A DNA stretch of 64,000 nucleotides from Anthoceros angustus (GCA_010909165.1 VJWM01000318.1:1-64000); one strand, 5' to 3'; positions 34,728 through 47,990 are shown, counted from the first letter of the stretch. Program-made: numbers and translations. Notes: a model not told the origin generated them from the letters alone.

Positions 34728-37700
34728 TGTGGGCAAAAGTTTGCAAGCATGAGTTGCTTGACAGCACTCTTTGCTAGAAATGGTTTGGTGAAGACATGCA
34801 AGGAAATTTTTGCTCCTTTTGAGCGGGAGTTGTAGGACCATGTCGGGAAGGCAGAGAGGATATGCAGGAAAAGAAACGGGTCAAAACGACCTGGTGAGAG
34901 AAAAGGTAACCTACATGAGTGGTAGGAGGTGTCCTACCGTGAGAAACTCCTACCATGGTAGGAGGGAGAGATCCTACCACCGTGGGAGGATGACCTGCTA
35001 GTGTTTTGATCACCTACCTAGGAATAGCTCCTACCATGGTAGGAGAGGTAGGAAGGTATCCTACAGAGGAGTAACTCCTACCGTGGTAGGAGAGGAACGC
35101 CTACCATGGTAGGAGGATGTCCTACCACGTAGGAGATGGGTTTCTAAGGAAAGTAGCTTATGTTTTAGGCAGGATAGGCTTGCTATATAGAGTCTTTTAG
35201 TGGACTAGATAAATAGGCCAAAATAGGTAATTAAGAAATTAGAGGCTAATTTTCAATAATTAGAAATTAGAAAATAGGGAAATGGTATTTTAGTATAAGG
35301 AATTAGGAAACTAACATCAATGGTGAGAAAGGGCCGTGGCACACATCCAAGGGCAGGATAGAATGGTAGTTACTTTTTCTAACCCTTGGGTGACTTATAA
35401 AAGTGGTGCAGTGCTGGGAGGCCTAAACTTGAAGAGCCTCACAGAAGGCGCCGCCACCTCAAGCTGCCCAAGGCCCCATACAGCAACGCCCCATACACGC
35501 CGGAGGAGGAGAAGGAGGCGCAAGCTCGGCAAGGAGGAAATCGAGCGCCCAAGAGAGGAAGAAGGAGGAAAAAGAAGAAGAGAAGGAGAAGAAGGTTGGG
35601 GCAACCCAACACTTGCCAAGCTCGTGAGGGTGCCTAGGAGGGTGGAGTGGCAAGATTGCTAGGAAACCGTGCGAAGGGCTCCTAAATTGCGTGGCAAGTG
35701 TAAGAGTCCGGGGAGAATTTTGTGAGCTTTCTCTTGCAGAAATCGGGGTTTTGGGCGCCAAGGTGTAAGGGCAGGAGGAGAGCAAGGGCAAGGACCTTTG
35801 AGCTGAGCAGAGCAAATCAAGGGAGGAGGCTTTGCAAGGATAAGAAGTGGCAGCGCAGGAATTGCAGGAGAGGCATCACTTTTCTTCAATTTCGTGCAAG
35901 TACCCCAAGGAGGCCATGACCAAATGACCAAGGGCAAGGAGGTAGTAGCTAAGGAAGGAGCGTCCACCAAGGAGGTGGCGCGAGGAGGCAAGAGGTCTAA
36001 GGCGGAGGATCGGACCCGAGGGTGGAAATTTGACATGCCTTATTTACGTGCTATGTGGCTATCCTCTAGAGACCTTTGACTTTACCTTGGGCAGCGGAGA
36101 ATATTCAGCTAGAGTGGGTGTATGGGCGACATTGGTCTTACACCAACCTTGAATTGATAGAGAGTGTTTTGCGCAGCGGAAGAGGAATTGGCCTTACCGG
36201 ATAAAGCATGCGGCGGATCCACGGTGTTGGGCCCGCATGCGTATATGGCGGAGGATGGCGAGGATAGCGGAATCAGCTGATGGAAGGAACGAGCGGAGGC
36301 AAGCGTGCATCAACGCGGATCTTCCCAAGGAGCCTTACCCTTATGCAAGGGGCATGAAGGCTAAGTCCAAGAACTTGGGACGGACCAAATCTTGGAGCCC
36401 AAGTGGAGATTGTTCACAAGAATTGTTTTGGGCTTGGTGAGCAATCCAAGGGTGTCATATTTCAGCACTACCTTCCTCCATTTTCTATGGAAGATCACTC
36501 AAGGAGCGGCGGATTGGGGCTCATCATGTAAAGCATACACCTACCACCGGGAAAAGTTCAAACCCAACGTCGGATGAAGATCCAGGTATGCTATCTTAGC
36601 ACTTATCTAGTGCATTTGTGGGAAGTAGAGGGCTACTCACAAGTAAGGAGTTGGATGATTCCAAGCATCCCTTTAACATTGTGTACTTACGGAGAGGGAG
36701 TGCTTGGTGCTTTGCGGCTAAAGGAGGTGCCGGCACCAGACATTATTGCTGGAAGGAATCCTCCGAAGATAGGCCGAGGATGCAGGAGGACTTGCAAGGA
36801 GAAGTTGTAGGGGATTTGAAGTTTGGACCGCAGGAGGATGCGGAGATGGAAGGTAGGATAGATCCTACCATGGCGGGAATCCTGCGAGGGTGGGAGGTGT
36901 TCCAGTGGTTTGGGACCCCTTCGTCCTCTCATGACAAGACCTACATGAATTAGTCCTACCACGGTAGGGAAGTAGTCCTTGAGCACCTCCTACCACGGTA
37001 GGAGGGAAAGGAAGTCACGGTTTGGAAGCTCCCAAGAGGAGATAAGAAGGCAACCGCCCCTAGGTGGGCGAGCGGATGGAGTCACGGTGGGAGGAGTTGC
37101 CCACCAAGTGATGAGCGGGAGCTCATCATAGGGAAGCAAGGGATGTAAGATCCCATGAGCAAGGCAAAGGCCTTGAGTCTCCCGGAGGTAAGAAAGGAGA
37201 CTTAGACATGTTGGAGGAGATGCGCATAGGGAGATGTTCAAGAAGGTATAGGCGCCAAGAGGAGAGTTGAATTCTTGAAGACGGAGGCGGAAGACAAGGA
37301 CCTACCAAGCAAGGGAAATTGCGGGTAGCGGCGGAAACCCAATGGCGGGAGGATGTTATGAGGATGGAAGCTCAAGTGGAGCACTTGGAAAAGTCTTGAG
37401 ACAAGGCAAGAGGCAAACAACATATTCGGAGAACAAGGCTCTTACCAAGCAATTGGCAGCTCGAGAGGAGAAGGTGGAGCAACTTGCTCACATGGTGCAC
37501 ATGGGAAAAGAAGACAAGCAAGTGCTGCTAATGGAGGAAAGGTCAAGACGAGAGCAATCTCGCAGAATGAGACAGGGCAAGTAGGCGCATGAGCGGGTCA
37601 TAGCCACAGTGAAGATTAGTGACATGGAAAAGGAGCTGGGAGAAATCCGGAGGCTGGAATTGAAGGAAGAAGAGCTGGAAGAACGGACACATTTTGTCCA

Positions 37701-39718
37701 AAGATTGGAAATGGAACGAGAAGTCCGAGAATGCACAACTCCCTAGGAGGATAGGGGAGTTGGAGGAAGAAATGGCAAAGGAGAAAGGCCGTCATGAGGG
37801 TGCGACATATGTTGGCGGTGAGGGAGCGTAGATTTCGGGCTGATTATGCCTACAAGAGATTGATCCGCCAACCGCAGAATGAGAGGACGGAGAATGTGGC
37901 TCTCCATGTCAAGACCGGTGAGCTGGCCTTGGAGCGAGATGCTTACAAAAGCAAGTGTGAGCATGGAGTATGGCTTGAGGATTACGAAGAATTGAGATGG
38001 CGATTTGCAGCCCATCTTCACAACAAGGTGCTCAAGGCCACTAACGAGTTGTTGCGACTTGCCGAAGGAGGATGTTGGGACCTCATGACGATGATAGGGA
38101 GGCCCTCATGCAAGTCCAACCGAAGCCTTAGACTTGGAGAGTGTCCCAAGCGGTGAAGAAACTTCGCACTGTGGAGAAGCAAGTGAAGCGGGAAGGTGGA
38201 GAGAATCACCCGTGAAGGGGTAAGGAAGAAGAAACGACCTGTAACTCCTACCGTGGTAGGAGGAGTTCCTACCGTGGTAGGAGGGACTCCTACCGTAGGG
38301 AGAAGGTCCTACCATGGTAGGAGGAAGAAGCAGCGGATTCAAAGGCGCTAGCATGGATTTGACGGCAAGGGCGAGTACCTTGGCCCTTGCGAAAGAAGGA
38401 AGAGGGGTTGATCTTGCAGAATGGAGCAAGAATCACAAGGAGAAGACCAACCTCCTAACATGGGTGGGAGGCGGAGCTCACTTGCTCCACAAGTGAGAGG
38501 AAGAGGAGAAGCGAGGATGAGCCATGGCTAAGAGAGCCCGGCTATTTTATTGGAGGAAGGAACTCAAGATAGGCATCAAGATAAGGAAGGGATTCATAAG
38601 AAGTCCTTAAATTAGCTTGAAGACATGGGGCAAGATGCCACTTGGGAAGACTTTTCTTTAGAGGAGGCATTAATGCTTGTCACCCGAGAGTGTGTTGACT
38701 AGCTAGATAGGAATGTTGACAGGAGCCATTAAGGCTCACATAGGTGAATTTTGCTAGAATAGAATTTTACCCAAGATGCTTGGATGTCAGAACTTAAATT
38801 CTGACAATAGGATACACTAAAATAAGGAGTAAGGCAGTGCCAGGGGGAGGCTGTATGTGAGGACCTCCCTATAAAAGGAGGGAGCTTGTGAAGTAAAATT
38901 ATCGTGTCTTGCGCTCCCATCCTCCTGAGTCCTTCACTTTGTGCAGGAATTTCGTGCCGGCTGCAAGCCAACGCAGGTCCGGTAGAGAGGAGAACGCCGG
39001 GAGTCGGGTGGAGGCTTGCTCTTTGCGCCACGCGCTCCCTTGTGAATGGTTGTTGTGAATTGTTTTGCTTTGAGTGTGTCGGCTCAAGGAACTCTCGGCT
39101 TGAGGGTAGACTGGGGAAAGACTCTGGAGGTTCTCACGTGCAAACCACATAGCAACCGCCCAAGGAAGAACTCGTTAATTTGGACGGACCCAGCATTGTT
39201 GTATAAGGGCGAGTTGGAATTAATGAGCCAAGAATTGGTGTTAGAGTAGGAGATTGTGGAGGAAGGAAGGGTAGATGAGTAGAGAAGAAGAGGGCGTTGT
39301 TGATTGAGAGTTGTGAGGAGGATTAGAGTGTAGGAAAAACTAAGGCCAGGAGCCTAAGGGACGAATCCCAAATGCAAGTAAGAGGGCTCCCCTGTGGAGA
39401 AGAGTGTCTTAGGAGTAGGGACGTTGCGGTGTGGGTCAGGGGTCCGGCGCCCGTGATAGACACCTTCATTGGGCGTAACGCAATTGTGTGTGTCGTTGTA
39501 GGTTGAGGTTTGGTGAGTTCTGTGAGCGATGCAGGCGAGCTGCTGTAGAGGGAGCGTGAGAGGCGCCTTGCTTGTTTAGAAGGCCGAGGTAGTGTGTAGC
39601 AGTAGTGACGGATTCTCAAGATTATGCTCCCCAAGTCTCATGGGACCCGAAACCCAGCGTTGGCATTTGATGGAAGTGTGGCCAGGGGTGAATCTCGGGA
39701 GCCCAGGTCTCCTCCACC
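34728..39718 (+). repeat. 3' LTR of A1 (type A)
   Basis: Hairpin TGTTTGCGAGGACGCAAACA, PPT, then TGTGG at 34728; ends CTCCTCCAC near 39717. Confidence 0.85.
35400..38233 (+). pseudogene. LTR-embedded ORF, copy in the 3' LTR of A1
   Basis: MEPKWRLFTRIVLGLVSNPRVSYFSTTFLHFLWKITQGA... and the coiled-coil ORF 37794-38156. Confidence 0.65.
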
Positions 39719-41189
39719 ACCCTGAGGGACATTGGAGAAGTGGAGAGTCTTCCAGTGGAGAAGATTGGCCAGAAGTCGGACAAAGTGCTGTGGTCTCCTG
39801 AGGCAAGTGTAATCTTCTTTCAATTCCAGACCTGCGATTGTTTTTCTTTCTGTGATTTTCGGAGTAGTCTTAGGAGCTTGCGGGAGTAGGGGTTATTGTT
39901 TAGAAATTTGCTGTGTGTGCTCTAATTGCTTTCCCGTGGAGTTGTTCACACAAGTCTCCCATGGGAATGAGCAACTCCACCTTGCGAGGCCAGCTTGGGT
40001 ATTAATGACAGAGGGGAAATCCAGGCGTTTCCCACAACAGCCATCCCAAAGTGGGTGTGAGCCTGCACTCCTTGATGTTCCTCGCCTGGGCAGGTCAAAT
40101 CACGGCCTTGGGTCCAACCACCGAGAGAAAAGAGCGAGATTGTCAAGAGTCTAACTCCTCCGGGGGTGGGCAGGAGGATCCTGTGGCTCACGTTTGCGAT
40201 CACCCTCATGCGGCACTGAGTCCACCCTCATCCCTTGGTGGAGCAAGCGATTTTGCAATCGGCCGGTTGCCTCAAACCTCGCTTTGTAACTCCTTCCGTG
40301 CCACGATCTCCCACTAAGGGAGGAAGGAGACTTGACATGTTGGTCTTATGAGGGAACAGAGGCGTGGAAAGGCCACCTTCATGGCCAAAGCAGGATCTAG
40401 TGGTGTGATTCCCGTAAGTTCCTATCCAAGCAGGACTTGTTCGAGGACATGCAGGTCTCAAGGCACCCCTTGTGCATAAACGTTCCCAGGTAGGGTGCTC
40501 GTAAGTCAATGCCTGTGGGAGTGGACACACTCTTCCACCTTGCCATCAATTTAGGATGTTGGAGAATCCTGAGACCCTGGGCATTGGGAGATTGACACTG
40601 GAGAAAACCACAAAGGGTACGAGATAAGCTGCACTAAACAAATGCACCAAGGGTGAGAGCTAGAAATCCTTGGCCGAGGCTACAATCATGACCGGGGTAA
40701 AACAAGATGTAAGGATCAAACCCATGACGTTGATTCCTCACGAGAGCGCCTCCATCTTGAGGCGAGCTCCAAGACCCTTTGCGGTGGTCAGCTTGGAAGG
40801 CTCCAAGGGATTACATCCGCGGCGCGAGGATGGTTGATGGCCATGAGTTCTCCACAGCCAGGGATCCGGAAGATATGGCGATGAGGCGCAATCATGTAAA
40901 CATTCGCTAGTATTTGGGCACTTGAGAGGTATATGCGTTCAACATAGGTTGTAATCATGTTTGTACTTGGAGACATTGTTGCTCTGGAGGAAGATGCATC
41001 CACAGATTTAGGACCCCTCCTGCTCTGTGGGCCTTAAATCTCTGCCAGCTCTAATGCTCCACCCATCATTGAACTCCTCATGGCACTCATGTCTAATCTA
41101 CCATGGCCTACAATTGCCATCAATATGCTCTTGATTAGCTGCCCTTTGTGCGCACAAAGTGCGTGAATCTTTCAGGGAGTTCTTTGTGG

Positions 41190-41900
41190 GTTCCTAGGTG
41201 ACAAAGTGGTCTTTCACAATTACTCAAGCCGTTCCTTGGGCATCCCACAAAAGGAAAGCAATTTCAGCAAAATTCGAGCACTGCAGGCGCATGAGGAGCC
41301 CTCCGCCCACACTCCAGGATCCCAACATGGGCTTGAGTGGCTGAAATTTCTCACGCCTCCGGGAGAGGCCACGATCTTTACTTCTCCGTTGCTCCATGGG
41401 AGGGCATACCTGATACACCTGATGTAGCTCTATTCTAAGTTTTCAGGTGGCAAGCCTCGCAAACCACCAGTCACCCAAGGGAAAAAAAAACATACAGGCC
41501 AAACGCCCATGGCTGCGTGGCTTGTTATTACAATTTATTCATACATAAATGCATTAAATTTCTTTTCAATTTCTTCCCTTGGAAAATTACCCACTAAGTC
41601 TTAAATAGGGATTTAAGCACTAGGAGAAGACTCTCATATATGATCGGCTATCCCCTGTAGCAAAAGGTTCTTGCCCTCAGGATTTTGTGGTTGTTGGATG
41701 GTTCTGTGAGTAGGAGAAGCAGGTGTGGTCTTCTCACCCTCCTACCATGGTAGGGAGCTTATCAAACATGAGGAGCAGCGGTGGCGTCCTCCGGGGAGGA
41801 GCACTCTCCCTCAAAGACCAACTTTCGATCGCCACCACCAGGTCATCCAGCCTTGCGGGTGGGTACTCCACGGGGGTAGGAGACCCTCTTGTGAGAGTGC
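41190..41900 (-). repeat. Diverged giant-LTR fragments, minus strand
   Basis: Reverse complements of LTR motifs GAAATTGCTTT..GATGCCCAAGGAAC..GGCTTGAG and CCCTTGGGTGACT. Confidence 0.35.
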
Positions 41901-42859
41901 ACCTAGAGACCATCTTCACAGGAAACGTGCTCCTCCTCGAGGAGCCCCTCTTGCTTGCACATCCCCTCTGTGACCTCGACTCCTCTATGACTTGGAGTCA
42001 TGCGCTCACTCTTGCAGAGGCTCCGGGCTTAAAGTTCATAGGGCTGTATCGTCGTGTGGCTAACATGCTCTTAAGACAAACCATGCCTTGAAAGGATCCA
42101 TTGTGGAGGGTAATCCTAAGGTATGATACACTCCAGGTTCATTGAGTCTTCGCCATCCTTCAACCTCCCATCATAGGCCTTCCTTTCCAAGTTAGCTCCC
42201 CACCGGATGTGAGCATTCTCCGGTGGCTATGAAGTTGGTGCCATCTTCTGTAGGGGCGTAGTGTCATGCCTGTGGAAACACGGTACCACCAACATCCTAT
42301 GTTGCCCTAAATCTCTTCTTGAGCTCTCCTTCTCTGACTCCTGAACCTCTAGAAGTCGTAGGGTCCCTCATGAAGCTGCGTTTGGCTGGCTCACATCCAA
42401 TGTAAGGAGTTTGACTTCGAATGGAAGTCTGAAAGCGGAGGCGCAATATGGTGGATATTGAGGAAGGTGAGTCACTGCATTTCCTCTTTGACTATGTTCT
42501 TGATCAACAGCTCTTTGGGAAGCGACTCGGAATGTTGCTAGATAACATTGCGGGCCTTCGTGCATTTTTAATGAAGTCAAAACAACTAAAATAAACTCCA
42601 TCAAAGGTGGAGACTATTGTATAATTTGAGAACATATTGTGAAATAACACTTCAAAGCAGTGGAAGAGAAACACGATAGAAATGTAAAGTGTAAGTGGTG
42701 AGAAAAGACCAGTATAATTGTACCCCAACAAAACTCTTCAATTTTGAACGGACGCTCACCTGCTGCGGTGTGGGCAAGACTCATTTCAGTAGCTCCCTTG
42801 TGAGAAGACACGAGGAGGTGCATGGCAAGACAAACATCAAGCATGATTCCGTGATCCAA

Positions 42860-43446
42860 AATTTCTACCTCACCGTTCAGCATCTTGGGGATAGACCTTC
42901 ACGTTCTATCTCCTCTTCCCATATGTTTCCCTCCTAGCATCACCAGTGGATGCCCTCTGTGGCGTTGTTCCAAAAATCTTCTCCCGCTTTGGCCCGTCAC
43001 GTGAACTACTTTATGTTCGTAAACAATGTTCGATGCCTTCATCTCAGGTGGATCATGACTAGCCTAGGATCATGCTCTGGTGGCAACCTCCTCACCTTCT
43101 GCGGTTCTTGGCGTGATTTATGGATCGACCAAGAATCGGTGGTCTCCTCCCGCCAATTTTTGTTCAAGCACATTAGTGGGTTTCCCAATCCTCCTTCATA
43201 CAGTTCCAAGAGCCATCCTCACTCCTGGGCTCGGTGCACCTTCTCAACACACCTTTTTGTGTGCCCTCTCCCTTAGTGCGATTTCTTAGCTTCTCCATCG
43301 CTCCTTGACTCACTTGGCCTGGCACAGCCTCATTGCTCACTTGAGAGAACTCCTTGTTCTCCTCGTACACATGTTGGCCCTTCTTTGCTCTATGTTTCTT
43401 AGATTGACCTCCTGCAAGAACTACATGAAACCCCTTGCGGACATGG
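42860..43446 (-). pseudogene. Diverged RH-INT linker fragment of a related Gypsy
   Basis: Reverse complement matches GGATGGCTCT..TGTATGAAGGAGGATT and CCCAAGAT..GGTGAGGTA..CACGGAATCATG of the A/B linker. Confidence 0.5.
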
Positions 43447-44925
43447 TGTGGAGCATAAAAGTTTGACCAGAAGAGGGAGGAGGCAGTTTGATTTTTTGGC
43501 TGGAGCGATTGAAAGAAGCATGCGAAATTTAGAATCTTGGAGTAGAGTGTAAATATTGTTAGGAAGAAGAGGATATCCGGGAGAGAAGGTGGCGACCCCA
43601 GACGAGGCGGGAGCGGTCAAGAGGGTGATGGTAAGGACTACGCATAAGGCTGCCACACCTCGATGGGGTGAGAGCGGACTACCAGTGGTGGCGGACTACC
43701 GTGGTAGGGGTGGTGAATCTCGGCTAAAAGGAAATTTAGAATAGAGGGGGATATCCACTATATATGCTCACCAATAGGGAATAAATATATAGAGTAATTA
43801 GAAGGTTAATTAGGGATAGCGGCGGGATAGGAAAATAGGTAGTTTAGATAGAATTAGGATTTTGGAATGATGAACCAATCTAGGGTTGCGCGGCGTGACA
43901 TCTAAGGAGGGCAAAGTGCGTTTGGGCGCTTCTCCAGCAAGAGCAAGCTGGGTGGCGTTGGGCGTGAAAAGGAAGGAAGGCCATCAGCCAGCCATCGCCA
44001 CGAGCAGAAGAGGAGCTGCGCGCCATCGAGAGGAGGAACACCGGCGGGCGTGAGCGGAGAAGGAAAAAGCGAGTCGCAGCGGTGGGAGCTCGTCACGCCC
44101 CCGGAGAGGAAGTGTGGGCGGCGCCAAGAACGCACTTAGGCGTGGTAGAATTGAGCGGGGAAGAGCGTTGCGCAATCGGCGCTCCGCCACGGAAGAAGGA
44201 CAAGGGGAGGCGACGGTGAAGACTCGGCCGTGGCTAACGTGTGCTGCAGTGAAGTGTGGTTGCTACCCCAAGGGGAGTGTTTGGAAGAAGTTTGGAGCAC
44301 CTGTTGGCGTTGGAAGTAATTCCTTCCTTTGAAACACTTGGAAAGGAAGCCCATGCCTCGAGGAGGAAAGGCAAGGGAAGGAGCCGCCAGCAAAGGCTCT
44401 CGCGAGAAGGAAAGGAAAAAAGAGCGGGGGCTCGCGCCGAGGAGCGACTTTGATGCCACAATTCACGTGCTGCGGCAGCTCAACCCGATTTGGTTGATTT
44501 CGGCGGAGGAGGAGAACATCCAATTGGGATGGGTGTATGGCGCCAATGGGCCTACACCAATTTGGAATTGATTGAGGAGTGTTACATCAACCTCCATCAA
44601 TCGAGCGCCCCGCTTACGGAAAGGAATGCTCGACGGATCCCATTGTTGGACCGTAGAAGCATTCCAGTGTATGGAGACCGGAGGAGAGCTCGGGTGCTCT
44701 CCTCGAAAGGTCGAATGGAGGGAAGAGGACGCCCTCTCACATTCCAAGTCCTCGACATGATGGATGGTGAAGGCCCACGCCAAGAATGGCTGGAAAAGCA
44801 GAGCATCAAGGAGTGAAGTGGAGGCTCTTTCAAAGATTGTTGGGGTTGGTAAATTACCAACGCACTATTTATTTCAACTTCCTCAATTTTTGTGGAAGAT
44901 TTCATGAGGAGCCAAGCATTGGGGC
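43447..44925 (+). repeat. 5' part of a type-D giant LTR (TGTGG start, no upstream PPT)
   Basis: TGTGGAGCATAAAAGTTTG at 43447; colinear with 58813-60380; ORF peptides LGWVYGANGPTPIW, LIEECYINL. Confidence 0.75.
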
Positions 44926-45719
44926 GCCTTCTGTGAGGCCGCCTCCTCAAGTTTAGGTTGTGGCCTCCTGCACTGACCACTTTTATAAGTCACCCAAGGG
45001 TTAGAAAAGTAACTACCATTCTATCCTGCCCTTGGATGTGTGCCACGTGGCCCTCTCCCACCATTGATGTTAGTTTCCTAATTTCCTTATACTAAAATAC
45101 CAATTTCCCTATTTTTCTAATTTCTAATTCTGAAAATTAGCCTCTAATTTCTTAATTACCTATTTTGGCCTATTTATCTAGTCCACTAAAGACTCTATAT
45201 ATAGCAAGCCTATCCGCCTAAAACATAAGCTACTTTCCTTAGAAACCTATCTCCTACCGTGGTAGGACATCCTCCTACCATGGTAGGCGTTTTCCCTTTC
45301 TCCTACCACGGTAGGAGTTTCTCCTGTGGTGGATACCTTCCTACCCTCTCCTACCATGGTAGGAGCTATTCACCGGTAGGTGATCAAAACACTAGCGGTC
45401 ATCTCCTCGGTGGTAGGATCTCTCTACCCTCGTCTACCATGGTAGGAGTTTCTCCTACGGTAGGACACCTACCACTCATGTAGGTTACCTTTTCTCCTCA
45501 CCGTGGTCGTTTTGACCCGTTTCTTTTCCTGCATATCCTCTGCCTTCCGACATGGTCCTACAACTCCCGCTCAAAAGGAGCAAAAATTTCCTTGCATGTC
45601 TTCACCAAACCATTTCTAGCAAAGAGTGTGGGCTGCAAAGCAACTCATTTAAGCTTGTTGCCCAAACTTTTGCGTTCCACATACTCCCTCCTCATTGTTG
45701 CGTCCTCGCAAACAACAGA

Positions 45720-46850
45720 CTTTTGAAGGTACTTCTTAACCTTCCACCCATTCACTCTAGTTGACAAATCCCATCCGACCGAGTTGCGGATCCATTCTCA
45801 TACTGCCACCACCTCATAAGGTCCCATCCATCTCAATCTAAGCTTCCTGGAAGTCCATATACGGCTATCATATAGAAGAACCAAATCCCACCATGATAGC
45901 TTCTTGCTTCCTCAACTTCCCATCATGCCTATCCTTTCTAAGCTCAATTGCTGAGTTTCTTCTAAAGCATCTTCCCACGTTCCTCATGCTCTATGAAAGA
46001 TTCTAGTCTAGCTACAGCTATCTCTGTCATGCGCTCATCCTCCATGATTCTATAGGTACTTCAAATTCTCGGCATCAGGGAGACATGCCATATGTTAAAT
46101 AATAAGGGGTCTTCTTGGTTGTCACCTTCTGCCGTCTAAGCCCATGCAGAATGTAGCTTAGTGTCCCAATCATACATGTGAGTCACACCTTGGTCAAGAT
46201 TGTACACAACAGCCCATTCGTTTTCTCCGTCAAACCATTCGCTTTGGGATTGTAAGGAGTTGTCTTTCGGCGAATGTTGAAGTAGGTGGTGAGAGTCTCG
46301 ACCGAGTTGAGGAAATGAGTTCCCCATGACCAACTCAAAGGACATCCATACCTCGTTATAATGTTCTCAAAGAGAAACTTCGCTCTGCGGTCGTCGTCCT
46401 TTCTTGTTGCTTGACCTCCACCATCTTTGTACAATAGTCCGTAGCCACCAAGATATATTGCTTCCTTGTCCATTGTGTGGGTGGCTTGATTGGACCTACA
46501 AAATCTATACCACTTCTCAAATGGTGCCAAAGGTAGTATGTAGGTGAGAGGCCCTGTTGACAAAGTGGGCCTTCCAACCCTCGACACGCATCACACCTCC
46601 TAATAAATTCCCACACATCCCTCTGCATTGTAGCCCACCAGTGCATCCAAGACCTTCTTCAGTGATTTGCGTCGAATAATGACCACCACCTCTGCATGTA
46701 AAGCCCGTGACCAAAACAAATTTCCACCGAATCTTCTCGTCTGGACCAAGCTTACAAGACCCCATCCGTAGGCAATAAGGGGCTGTCTTGTGGAGAAAAC
46801 ACCGCCCCTCCCTAGACAAACCATCGGGCATGATTCCATGCTCTAGAAAA
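45720..46850 (-). pseudogene. pol: Integrase with H2C2 finger and full core
   Basis: GGHYS..WWATMQRDVWEFIRRCDAC, GIDFVGPIKPP, YILVATDYCTKMVE, KFLFENIITRYGCP, TTPYNPKANGLTEKTNGLLCTILTKV. Confidence 0.92.
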
Positions 46851-47589
46851 TTCGTACCTCACCATTCAAGTATCTTGGGCATGAACGCCCCTCACGTTCG
46901 AATCTCCTCCTTCCACGCATACCACGTCGCCTCCTGCCAGCTCGCCCACCAGCAGCCCGAGGCGTTGTTCCATCCACAAATCCAGTTTCTCCCGCTTTGT
47001 CCATCTGCAAGTTTTGAGCTGCCCGTTTGCATGCTCCTCCTCCAACAACGTTCGGATTTCTTCCATTCCTGCTGGTCTAGCCTCGTGTCCAGGTCCAGCT
47101 CGTGCTCCCATGGCGACCTCCTGCTGTTGCCCCCATGGCCACCTCATGAGTGATTTCCCATGAATCGTTTTCTCTCCGCTTTTGCTCAAGCTTCATGGGA
47201 TGCATCTCCTTCCTCCTGGCGCACCTACCTCCCTAGGGCCTTCTCCTCGGCCCCATGGCGCTGGCTTGACCTCGCCAAGTGGGGCGCCTTTTTTTTGCGC
47301 TCCCATATCCGCTTCTTTCTTTTGCCAACGTGGCCTCCACTTGCAGCCCTCCTGACTGCTCACCCTTGAGGAGCATTCCAGCCTCCTCCTCGCGCCCATA
47401 CTGGCGCCCTTTTATCCCCTCTCGGATTTCCAGATTGTCCTGCTGGCCTTTCCCGCGCTCCCTTCTTGCTCATTTGACCTCTCTGCTGGCAGCAAGGCTT
47501 GCTGATCAATGCTTAGGCCGCCACAACATGCTCACGTCCTCCCCTTGACCCGGCCGTGGCAACCAACTCCTCGTGAAATCCATCCGTGG

Positions 47590-47990
47590 CTTCAAGTCGC
47601 TCTCCGGTTTCAGACGAAATGAAATCGACGATGTCGCTTCGGCCTAGTTTCTACGTCATAATCAAACTCTTGCAGCAGTAGTACCGGCAATCCTTCACGA
47701 CAAATCTGGCTTGTTCACAAGGTACTTCAACGCAAAATGGTCAACATGGAACGTCACTTTGCAAGCAAGCAGATAGTGTCTAAACTTCTTACAGAGTAAA
47801 TGATACCAAGACCCTCTCGCCCGTGGTTGAGTAGTTCTTCTCCGTGAGTGTCTACCGCATAGAAAATCGGATGGTCCGTTTCTTCTCGTCCTTACGGCTT
47901 AAGATGGTCCCAATGGCATAAGCGGACACATCCACGTATACATGAAACGGTTTCTCCCAATCGCGGCTGCAAGGTGCGCTCACTGTCCCT
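47590..47990 (-). pseudogene. pol: RNase H
   Basis: WEKPFHVYVDVSAYAIGTILS, NYSTT, KFRHYLL, FHVDHFALKYLVNKPDL, LQEFDY. Confidence 0.88.

Larger units (their letters stand above)
24856..39718 (+). mobile_element. Complete non-autonomous Gypsy element A1 (LTRs ~5.5 and ~5.0 kb, ~4.3 kb deleted interior)
   Basis: 5' LTR 24856-30383, PBS 30387, internal relics, PPT 34717-34725, 3' LTR 34728-39718; no TSD seen. Confidence 0.85.
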
